In this document: positions 12,801 through 25,400 of the stretch, piece by piece
Position numbering within the stretch: position 1 is the first letter of the stretch
How the letters are laid out: every line of letters begins with the position of its first letter
Notes under the pieces: model-generated
Told to the model about the DNA's origin: nothing
Seen by the model: the letters and a program-made list of their open reading frames with translations, nothing else
Databases searched by the model: none
Assembly: GCF_006345805.1 (NCBI RefSeq)
Contig: NC_042997.1
Span: 10,974,001-11,038,000 of the forward strand
DNA from: Octopus sinensis
Taxonomy: Eukaryota
DNA length: 64,000 nucleotides
Reading direction: 5' to 3'
Program-made: the position numbers and the translations under genes

Positions 12801-15800
12801 TTTTACATTTTAGGGAAGGAAAAATATGAGTATTTATTTACCTGTTTGTTATAAACTAGCACTATGACCCAGTGTTGCTGGGTCATAGTGCTAGTTGGTT
12901 TATTGATTTTTTTTAATGGCTTTCTGGGGTGACTGGGGAAATGAAAAGATCTTCACACCCACCCTCAGACAGTTTTGAAAGCCCATAGAAAATGCAAGCC
13001 TTTTACATAAAAAACTGAAGATTTGTATAAAGGACACACAGATACACAGACATTTTGCCTGTTTTCTTAAATCAAAAAAGTGTGCCCATTTGAAAGCCAA
13101 AACACATGATAATGTGTCTTCGCAAAACACAAACATGCAGACTGTCTACAAATGTGCACGTGCATTCAACTGTCAAGGGTAAAATTATCTCCGTCCAATC
13201 AAAAAACAGCTGGCAGTCTATTGGCGTATCTAGCTGTATGCACGCACCGCATATAAATTTGTATGTTTCAGCAATTTTGAATGGATATGCCTATAACTTG
13301 TGGGCATAAGGGGTTGGTTTATCGATTTTTTCAATGGCTTTCTGGGGTGACTGGGGAAAATAAAAAGATCTTCAGGACCACCCTCAGACAGTTTTGAAAG
13401 CCTATAGAAAATGCGAGCCTTTTACGTGAAAAACTGTGGATTTGTATAAAGGACACACAGATACACAGACATTTTGCCATTTATTGATATAGAGATTATG
13501 TAAGTAAATAAAGAAAAATAGCAAAATGTTGATATTAAAAATTTGACTTACTTACAACAATTGGTGAGGTCAACATCACCAATAAGTTCCATACCAATGA
13601 TACCAAAGAAGTAATATAACATCATAATAGTTAATGCAATACTGAAGAAAAAAATACAGAAAATATTTATAACCTGAGATAGAATAGAATTAGAACAGAG
13701 TACATGAAGTAAGATTAAATAATACCAGTACGTTTATATATTAAGAAGTGCAGTATCTCTTTTACTTGTTTCAGTCATTTGACTGTGGCCATGCTGGAGC
13801 ACCACCTTTAGTCAAGCAAATCAACCCCAGGACTTATTCTTTGGAAGCCTAGTACTTATTTTGTCGGTTTCTTTTGCCAAACCGCTAAGTGATGGGGATG
13901 TAATCACACCACCATCAGTTATCAAGCGATGTTGGGGGGACAAACACAGACACACAAACATATACATACACATATATACATATATACGATGGGCTTCTTT
14001 CAGTTTCCGTCTACCAAATCCACTCACAAGGCTTTGGTCGGTCCGAGGCTATAGTAGAAGACACTTGCCCAAGGTGCCATGCAGTGGGAATGAACCTGGA
14101 ACCATGTGGTTGATAAGCAAGCTACTTACCACACAGCAACTCCTGCACCTATATATAAATAACATTTTAATCTTTTTTTATTTCTGTTACTGAGAGTTGA
14201 ATCCTATATAAGCATAAAATCTGAATATTTTATTTACTAAATCCTGAGATCAACTTGCAGTTAATTATAGACATATGCAATCATATATACATATGTAGGT
14301 ATATGCTTAAATTATTAATATATGAGAAAATAAAAAAAAGACAGCTAAAATAACTGAATTAGATTAACCATTTCAAATCTTCATATCTCCAAAGAAAGAG
14401 AAATATCTAACACCATACACATTTGCAGCTGTAAATTTCAGCATCCTTAACTATGAGTAAGTGCATATTGTTAGAGAAAGAGATCTTATGTCTGGATGTC
14501 CATCCTACTGCTTTCTTCTCAATTTTAACTAGAAGTGTACTTAGTTCCAGCAAAGTAGAGCAGCTTGTATTTTGGCTTAACAAAATTTATTCAATTTCAC
14601 TGTTTTATTCATTCATTTGTTTAACCACAGTTTTTCTATGCTAGCATGGGTTGAATGAAAACATAACTGAGGCACTGTTTTACAACAAATGCTCTTCCTG
14701 TTGCTAACCCTTACCCATTTTGCTTGGTTTCGGAGTGATTTGTTGACCAAATGCAATAAATTTCATTGATTGGTAACTACAGAATGGTGGTAAGTATGGT
14801 AAAAATAAGAGTGAAGCTTCTACCAAGTTATGACATTTGGTGTTTCAATACTTCATTAAAACCATTTCACTTCACTTTTTCTACTAATGCTTTTAGGTTC
14901 TGGGACAAGGCCAGCAATTTGGGGGAGGGACAGATTGATTAGACTGACCCCAGTGCTCAACTGGTACTTATCTTATTGACCCCAAATGGATGAAAGGCAA
15001 AGTTGACACCAGCAGAATTTGAACTCGGAGCGTAAAGATGAATGAAACACCACTAAACATTTTGTCTGACATGCTAAAGATTCCACCAGCTCACCATTTT
15101 CATTTACTCTGCTAATGCTCATGAGTAAGTCATAAGTGTCACACTTCTTGTTCATTCTTCTCTAAAATATGGAATCATATTAGTTGTACAGTACTTAAAA
15201 TATAGTTAAACAGTAGAAAGATAGGATTACTGCTAACAACAAGGCTTTTGTTTCAATGAATCAGCAATATGTGTCACTTAAATTTTTACTGTTCATCATC
15301 ATCATCGTTTAACGTCTACTTTCCCTGCTAGCAAGGGTTGGACATTTTGACTGAAGACTGGCGAACCAAATGGCTGCACCAGGTTCCAATCTGATCTTGC
15401 AGAGTTTCTACAGTTGGATGCCCTTCCTAATGCCAACCACTCCAAGAGTGTAGTGGGTGCTTTTACATGCCACCAACACGAGAGCCAGTCAGGCAGTACT
15501 GGCAACAGCCATGCTCAAATGGTGTCTTTTATGTGCCTTAAAAATAAAAAGTATCCAGTCATGAAACAACATTGAATATCCATTTCTAACAACAGTAATA
15601 TAAAAATATAAATAAAAAAGAACAGTAACAGAAAGCATCATTACCTGACAAGACGTGAGAAAATAACAAAGAATGTTCCCAGAACATCTCGATATCTTCG
15701 ATTGATTTTGAATAATCTGCAGAGATACAACACCAGAAGCAAGTGTCAATATCACCGAAGAAACTTCATAAAAGAATTAGAGATAATTATGAGGTGAAGA

Positions 15801-18800
15801 AAAACAATCTTACTTTATGACTACTTTATTTTTATTACTCGAAGTATGAAAGACAACTTTATTCATATATAATGTACAACGATGATGATGATGATGATGA
15901 TGATTTGTGTGTATGTGCATGTCGTTTTAAAGCATGGGCACACTGGACAGTTACCCGAGGTCCTATGCATCAAGGAGCCCAATGCTAACCTACATATGTT
16001 GTTATGTATGTAGGGAGCCTCTATGCATTGCTTTGCCTGGGACTGTGGCTATAATTCTGCTAAAATAGCCCTGTGCATGTGTGATGTGAGTATGCATGTG
16101 TTAGTGTGTGTATGTATTAGGGGATGGTGGTAAGTGACAGAAGTGGCAGTAATGTTGGTAATAAGAGAAAACGGTAACAAACCTGAGAAGTCTGAATGGT
16201 CGGAGAACCATGATGTAATAAAAATTATGATTGACAATCTCACCAAGCAGACCGATAATGCTTACTAATGTAACAAAAAAGTCAAACCTGAAAATAGAAA
16301 GAAAATAATCTTTATTGAAAAAAGAAAATACTAGTTTTAATGCAGAGTTAGTCCGAACAGAGCAGACACATGATCATAGACACCCCAGCCATGGCTTTTA
16401 TTCTATTTTTTGGCAATTAAGTAAAAATGCTACAAAACATTTTTACAAGAACATAGTAGCAAAGAATGGAGCACAACTTCACTTAACATGAACAAAGCAA
16501 AAATATTGAAAATATTAAATGAGGTGCAAGTAATGATGCTGAATTCTACCCCTTCAATATTTAATAACAAAAGAAAATTATTCTTTTCACAATAACAAAT
16601 GACATATTTCTGGTGCTTTGAGAAGGAAATGTTAACAACTGCAAACTTCTTGTACTTCACATCAGCTCAGTTAGTGATTCTCAAACTAACAAATGACCAC
16701 TCCCCACACCAACAACAACAATTTAAATATTAATGAAATTCTTTTTAGCAAAGTTGCTTGATTAATAAGTCAAAATAGAGTTTACATTCATATAATTTTC
16801 TTTGCTATGATGTTGGGCAAATTTAAAAAGTTTGAATCCATCTTAATTTGATGAAATATTGCCACAACCCCTATGGTGTGTGGTGGTGGGAATTGTCTAC
16901 CACAACCTAATTCTATACATGACTGCATCTCTGTTAAAAGACCTGCTGTAAAAATCACATGTCTTTCCCATACTTCCAGCACTACACTACACAGTCAACA
17001 AATCCTCTTCCCAAACTCCACTTCTCTATGCCGCCACTCTTACACAGTTATCATATAGTACCATTTGGGGCTGGTTATCTCAACTACATCCTCAACCACC
17101 AAACTGAAATCTTTGGTGCCATCTTTTGGTTTTCCATTGTTGGCAAATTTCTATATTGGACAAGTTTTTGTTGAATTTTGTGAAAAGAATTGGCTTAATT
17201 TTTCTTTCGTAATCTACCTTGAGTCTCTTACTCTCTTTAGAGAACAACAGCCAAGTTGCTCTCTTTCTATCAACATGTCTTTTACTTCTTGAATCAGAAG
17301 ATTCCAACCAGATTACACCACTGCAGTATGTACCAGTAAGATCCTCTCCTACTCACTTTATATAAACTCTGGTATACCCCCTAGGTTTGGTTATGTTTAC
17401 TACACTCTTCTTTCTGTACAACACCTACTCCTCTCTAACAACACATACTCCTATGCAGATGAAACTTCTTGTGTGTGTAATGCTAGGGATACGTCCTTCG
17501 CATTCTGCACACAGCTCTGATCAGTTGCTAACATTCTATAAAGTTTAAATAAGATCTACATTGGAGCCTAAATGGTCATCTGACTGACAGGCAACGATGT
17601 ACTCACCAACACACATCCACTAATAACTACTACTAGGATGGCCTCTGCTCCTCTTAACTAATTATTTACATACTCTCTCCAACCAAACTTACTCATTCTT
17701 TCTTCCCCTCATATCACTCTTTGTGTGTTTCACTCCCCCAGACACAACACTAAACACTTCACATATCCCATCCTCTCAGAACTGCAACCTTCTGGAATTC
17801 CGTCCCTACTCATATTTTTCCTGAAAAAATTGACCCATACATGTTAAAGATGAACATTAACAAGCTCTCGATGTAGAAGAACCTGCAAAGGGCATGTGCC
17901 CTGCCTCTCCTCTTTTTACTAACTTATTACAGAATATACAGGCATCATCTGAAAGACAAACACTACATTGGAAAACAGAAAACTAGGAACAAACTCCTAC
18001 AACATCTTGTAATATGTTTAAGAGATAGAAAATGAGAGACTACTAATTAGAAAGTATTCAATAGCAAAACAGAAAACCACTACAGAATTAGTGAATTCTC
18101 AGACAGCAATCTATCACTGAATCACTTAAATGTCCGATTTTATAGGTAAGCAGAGGAGTTTCAATTCTTGCTTAAACAAATATTGATTCTGAAAAAAGTA
18201 GAGTTACTACATGAAGATCTGAACAGAAATGTGAGACTACAATCACCTACAGTTATTTTGGTGTAAAAAATCAAGAACAAAATAATAAATACAATAGATT
18301 TACTGACTTGGATTTCTACAAAAATATGTAAGAAATATAATTTCCATTATATAAAGCTGATTTTGAAAAAAACTTAACAAGAAACCAGTATATATAATAT
18401 AAATTGTTTAACTTACAGATCCCAACCAGTTGTAAAATATTCTCTTGGTCCTTTACCAAGAATTTTCAGACATGCTTCAATGACATATACTGTAAAAGAA
18501 ACAAAACATTTGAGACTTTGGTCAGTTATATAGACAAGAACAAATTCTAATGTAGGTCAAAAATATCCTTTCCCCTTTGACACAAAACAATTCCTACATC
18601 ATTCAGACCCAATCTACAGCCACCACAAACCAAGTGTAACTCATCTTTGGCCAATCATTATAACCAATTTTCAGTCACCACAGTCACCCATAGCCAATAA
18701 TCTGCCAACAGCTCTCACTCATCTTTGTGCAATGGTCTGCAAACACAGCCATCACTGGTCAATTAGTAAGCAGACAAAAACAGATTCTAATGTAAGTCGA

Positions 18801-20390
18801 AAATCCTCTTCCAACTAATACAAAGCTATTTCTGCTGCATATTTTTTCCTTTATGCCAAATCACTAACCACCACAGCTAACCTTGTACAATTATCAACCA
18901 CTACCAGCATTCAAGGCTACACATCAGCCATTGATGACAAATCATAGGTCATCACACACATCCATATCCAGTCATCAAGTATTACAGCTGTCACTGATAA
19001 ATCATTACATGTCACTGCCAATTATCAACAACCAGAGGAACACCAATGCTAATATATACTAATGAGAAACTCCAATCATTCCAATGTTGACAGCTACTCT
19101 AAGCTCTCAATAATTTGTTTTACTTACTTCAGTGTATCTAAACTAATCACAACCTTCCCTGCCCTCCCCCAAATCTTTCTTGTCTCACAGAAACTATTCA
19201 TGCCATTCTACTATCAACAATCATGAGTTTGCCCAAGAGTTATCCAAATTCCTACTTACATCATTTATTTTAAATATCTCTCAGAAACATATTGAACATC
19301 GCTGCTCTCCAGACTCTGCCAAATTTTGGTTTAACAACCCTTATTTCTCTATCATATATTGACATGTTAGCATATTTGAAATTCAGTGTAACATTTATAA
19401 TAGGAAATACATTTATTGCTAAAATTTGAAATGTACAATTTTTTTTTTCAAGTATATCAATGGTAATAAACTCAGGTTAGCAATGAGCTAACCTGCTGGA
19501 AGTAACAGCCAAATCTTTCTCAAATCACACATTGTTATCTTATAAACAGAATGGCATATTAGCTAATGTAGTCTAAGACACCATGCTTGAAAAGAAAAAG
19601 AAACAGGATCATCTTGGCTGGAAAATCTTTGATCGTAGGTGTGCTTAATCAGAGCTGATATGAACTTAACAACTGGAAATTACACTGTGTAGACATACTT
19701 AAAAACTAGAATGAACTTACACTGGAATGAAAGTACAAGAACTATAATGGAGCTAACAATTCATAATTGGACTCAAACAACTATAATAGAGCTAAAGTAA
19801 CATGTACTTGGGCATAAATTTTATGGTAATGTTTAAATAAAATGACATCCATATGAGGACCCATGAAAGCCAAGAATATAGTCCATTCTTCCCTCCTGAA
19901 ACTTTACATAGAAAAAATTAGATCAGGCTTCTTTGCTCACACTGGAATATCACAATTGTTTCAGTCATTAGTCACTTTATATTATACAATAGGCAATGAG
20001 AGGGAACAAAAGGAGAGAGAAAAGCAAGAGAAAAAGAGAATGGATAAAATGAGAGAAAGAGGGAATGAGTAAGGAGAGAAGAGAGTGTGTATGTTGTTAT
20101 ATATGCACCATAACAAAAACTGAAGATAACAAGGCACAACAAAACATTCAAGAGTGTAAATTTGTAGACACAAATTTACCAAAGCATGAAACCAAAACGT
20201 AAGTTTATGCACCTTAGAAAGTTAATCATTTGAATAATAGTCATATGCAAGATTTTTTTTTTATACCAAGATGAAACAGAAACATCACAAAATTATTGTA
20301 ATAAACTGAAATATACTTACTATAAATAAAGAATACAGTTACTCCTGTAGCTGTGAAGTCATACTTTTTCACACTTATGTGTTGAACTGT

Positions 20391-20436
<46 letters not shown>

Positions 20437-22356
20437 TAATAATAATAATAATAGTTTCTTTATTAACCACTAAGGATTCACAAAAAACATTGAGGAAGGT
20501 ACAATATGTTACAGTATAGGATTACATGAAAGCGCATGTAAAAAAGGAGGATATCAAAAAGAAAGAAACAATAGATTCCAAACTTTTTTTAATGAATAAT
20601 TCTCTTAATGAGGGATTCTCCTCAAGTTACTCATGGAGAACCCGACAAAACAACAGTCCCCCTCACCATTAAGGCAAGTGCCTTCTTTCTGTTGTTGTCC
20701 TTCAGTCTACAGGCACATACTCATTTGTTTTTTTTCAAGTGAAACTCCAAACAAATGAAGAGGGCTGGCCAAATGGGAAGGTGTTTATCTTCAGCCCTTT
20801 CAAACTGATCTACCACACAATCGCTTTCACTAAGGCCACTAGATGGATAAAGACAGTCTGTCCTTTCTGGCCAAAAGAAGGTGGCAGAATGATCTTCACA
20901 ATGGATTCAGCACTGATAGCTAGAGTCACCCTGTACATAACAACAAGCGTTTAACATAACTTCACAATGTTCAGGTAATGGACATTGCTCTGCATGCATT
21001 TTGGGCAGACCAGCTGATGCACTTCTATGTTTGGAGAGTTTATCTCAAGTTGGCAATAGTCCCTGGTGGTACTCCCTAGCTAGGGGTTTCTGGAAATTAT
21101 CTATGGGCCCAGACCTGAAAGTTCTCCAGAACAGACCAGCCAGCCGATCATCAACACTCAGTGTTTTCCCATGAACATCATCACTCTTGTGTGCTACTAA
21201 CCCTCTATAGAACACCAATGTAGAACTTCCACTGACCACATTGCCTGACTGGTAGATAGCTGTGAATGCTTGATGACATTCCAGATGCCAATCACCTTGT
21301 CTTGGTCTTTGCTTTACCTAGAACTGCAGCTCAATCAGAAGAAGGAGCTATGGAAATACTTATCTGACATCTGCTCACTGTGAAGGAATTGCTGGAGAGG
21401 TTGTAGCCTCAGCACATGTCTGCACATCATCACCCACAGCATGCCTATGTACAGCACCAGTAGGCATCACTAGAGTATCCAATATGGTTCAAGCAACTGA
21501 TATTGGCTAATCTGATCATTTTGCCCATCATATGAACTTGGACTTTTAACAAGTTAAGATATCTTTCCCATTCTTCTTGTTCTTTTATTAGGTGCATTTT
21601 GCCTAAAATACTGGGATTGTTATGTTTTTTAAGATAAAGTTTAATCATTGTTCTTATTTGTGTTTAATCTATTCCAAATTGAATTATAATAACTTCCCAA
21701 ATCACTAATTTTTATATTCTGCAATGCTTCAAGCAAACTGCAATACTCTTTGATAATTTCTTTATTTTACTACAGAGGCAGCTTAAATATATACAGTAAA
21801 GTACAATGACAGAAACAAACAAAACATTCTGAAGAGTACATACATTAATTACAAAGGAAGGAAAAAATGCATATATTGGCACAATGCCATAAGTCTTTAA
21901 TGGAAGGTGCATGGTAGATTAAGTTAATCCTTGGAAATTAGATATCAGGTACATATTTATTGATCTTTTGATAATGGTGATGATGAGCAGACACACACAC
22001 ACACACACACACACATACAAAACAATATAAAAATAAATGGACAACCTAAACAAACATCACAAATTTGAAATACTTAAAGCATTGTTTTAGTAACAATAGA
22101 GAAATGTGAATGTATTCCAATGATAAGATGGTGATTATAAAGACTGCTATCATTATCACCAACATTATTATTGGTTTATGTAAATAATATAGCAAATAAT
22201 ATAGAGACTTAACACACGAGTGCCTGAGTGGTAAGAAGTTTGCTTCCCAACTACATAGTTTCAGGTTCAGTCCCACTGTGTGACATCTTAAGCAAAAGTC
22301 TTTTACTACAGCCCCAGGTCAACTAAAACCTTACAGGTGTATTGATAGACTGAAAC

Positions 22357-22402
<46 letters not shown>

Positions 22403-25400
22403 TTTTATAATACAATAGTGTATAAGAGTTTATACATGGTGAAGAGGCCATGTACATTCCTTACATGCTAGAAAGGGCTATCAAAACCCAAACCACGAAA
22501 ATGATGGTTTGGGTTTTGACTGCCCTTTCTAGCATGTAAGGAATCCCCATGGTGGTCTCCTCTCTGTATATAAACTCTTATACACTATTATATTATAAAA
22601 ATATTTATGTCTTCTGAGTTTTATTATGCATGCTAACCACTGATATTAATCATTAATAATTTTTACCCTGTATTTATATAGCTATGTATAAATATGTGTG
22701 TGTGTGTTTGCCCTCCACCATCACTTGACAACAGGTGTTGCTTTGATTACATCCCCATAACCTAAAAGTTTGGCAATAGGATAAGTATCAGGTTTTAAAA
22801 GAAGTACTGGGGTCAATTCATTCAACTAAAGCCCTTCGAGACAGTACCCCAGTATGGCTGCAGTCCAATGACTGAATCAAGTAAAAGATAAAAGAGAAAA
22901 ATCTATTCCAACAGACAGAATAGCATAGAAATATTACTATAACTATATATCATTTCCTTCATTATTACCTCCGCCATAGTGGAGGTATTGTTTGCAGTTG
23001 TGTTTGTTTGTTTGTCCATGGACAAGATATCTCAAGAACTGCTGGATGGATTCGGATGAAACTTTCAAGGATGTTTGGCCTCGTGACTAGCAAGAACTGA
23101 TTAGATTTTGGGATCAACCTAGCACTGGACAAGGATTCTGTATTATTTTTTCTGAATTTTTGTGAGCGGTCAGGTTCATTTTTAGCATTCTCGTTCATGA
23201 GAGCTATCAAATTTATTTCAGATATCCTCATTTTAAAAATCATTGAGAGGATGTTGGTGTTGCCTTGGCGGAGGTTTGTGCTCTCTGAATGCTCATTATA
23301 CTTAGTTCTAGAGAGATTAAACTCTTCAAACTATCTCTCAAAAGTAGTTTTTTCAATAGGCTGAATTGGTCTAAGCATTAGAAACCAAAAAATTACTCAC
23401 AACTTACAGTATTGCTGATATACTAAACAAGGTTACCTTTCAATTAGTTGACTTGTACCCTATTACTTTAACTATCTCTTTTCATTAAAACTCATATGGT
23501 GAAGCATTAAGTACTGAAAACAAACATTAGTTTTACTGTGTTTGTTGATTCATCATTATTGGAAGTTATACACAATAATTAGAACTTTGAACCAGCAATG
23601 TTTGGCCAGTACTTTTAAACAGAATTAAAATATGTTGGAGCCTAAAATATTCATTTCCTGCATAGGCATAAAACCAGTAATTTGGGGGAAAGAACAACCA
23701 ATTATATCAACCTCAGTATTTGATACTTCATTTTATGTCCTCAGAAAGATGAAGGCTGGTAAGAAATAAGATGCTATGGAGGTTAAAAAGCTGGATTACA
23801 GTCATACACTCAAATCTTAATATTGTTACTCAGTTGTACTTCTGAGAAAGCTCAAAGTTACCTGATTGTAATAAGTAAGAAAAAAAGTCTCTACTATCAC
23901 TGCATAATCATTAGTGGTGGGAAAGACATGCACTTGTAAAAACAATTGTTATGGTAAATATATCACCAACCCATGCAAAAACAGAGGAATAGATTTAAAA
24001 GAAAACAATACTGGGGAAATATCACATACCTGACATCTGTACGGTTTCAATAACAATCCAGGTGAAGTTTGATGCTATTGTCAAATCTATAAAATACAAA
24101 AACAAATCTCTCAAATGAAATTCAGTAAATTAATAAGTGAAATATGGAAAACCTTGCCAAACCAAACTTTAAAAAACCTTTTGTGCAGTAGAATTACTAT
24201 CCCGTAACCTAACAATTCCACTGTCACTATTGTACACTTTTCATTAGCTACTGATACTTCTATGCTTTTAGTTCTATACATCTATACAAGATGATTTCAC
24301 AAGATGAATACTGTAGTATTGTGGTTATCCATAAGTAAGATATGCAAACTGCTGTTCATTTCAGAATGTATTAATTACCAATAATTTACTGAAATATATT
24401 CAATTAACAACACTCTCTCCACTTGCACCTCATCAAAACAATCTAGTTATATTGAACCCATAATGAATGAGATCTAGTAATGGACACTTCAAATTCACAA
24501 AGAGTACGCATGTTCAATGTAACCTTTGAATAAAATACCTACCTTCTAGCTTAAGGATTTATGAGTTTTGAAAGTCTAGAGAAATGATTTCTGATACAGA
24601 TACAAGGCCAGATGTATTGTAAGAGAAAAACTACAGCTGTATTACATACTTATTTTTTTTTTATCAGAGAAAAGTTCATATGGCTTAACTCAAACCCATA
24701 ATCCCAGTGAATGAATTATTGTAGCTGCTCCAATAAGATGTGGGTTTTAATGAAAAAGAATCATCGGTAATATAAGAGTAGGCATAGTTGTAAGATTAGA
24801 ATGTTTACTTTATAATCACATGGATCTGGGTTCGATCCCACTGCAAAGCACCTTGAGTTGATTAATGCCTTGAATGAAACTTAATAGAGTTTCATGAGGT
24901 ATAACTTAGACAGATTTTATGTTAACACATTTGCTTGCTCTTGATATTCTACATGAAAATGAAAACTTTGAAATAATGTGCCAATGGATAAAGAGGGTTC
25001 ATAGTCACTCCTATTTCTTTTGTACAATTACAACACAAGTTATTAAAGCAGCTTTGTTGAATTAGTATAGAAAGAGAAATCAACTTACATATATAGTATT
25101 CAAAACACTTGTGAGTAACTATACGATGCAAAACTGTAAAAAGAAAAAGGAATGTAATGTAGTTTAAAACGATACATATATAATTAACGATACAGTAATC
25201 ATTGATATATTTTGTAATAAAATATTCTTAAATTACACTGGACAAAGATTTTGCTACTGGTGTAAAAGCATATGTTTTAGACTAAATCAGGGATGCTGAT
25301 TCCGAATTTGCACTCAGAATTGTTCTGGCACATCAGGATTTTGAGTTATGTGCATGCACAAGATTATAACTATACTTTTCAGCTAGATATAGGCTGTATT

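Noticed and set aside
13548-13556. Tandem alternative donors at exon 18 (and at exon 8, 34617 versus 34621)
   Set aside because: The 4-nt shifted sites break the frame, and nothing in the sequence indicates they are used
18530-19060. Degenerate ~240-bp direct repeat near exon 15 as a duplicated exon
   Set aside because: The repeat does not include the exon or its splice sites and shows no TPC-like coding
19721-19741. 21-nt candidate microexon (tatag|TTCTTGTACTTTCATTCCAGT|gtaagt)
   Set aside because: It would insert 7 residues into the IIS2 helix, lies in a local short duplication and is compatible with chance
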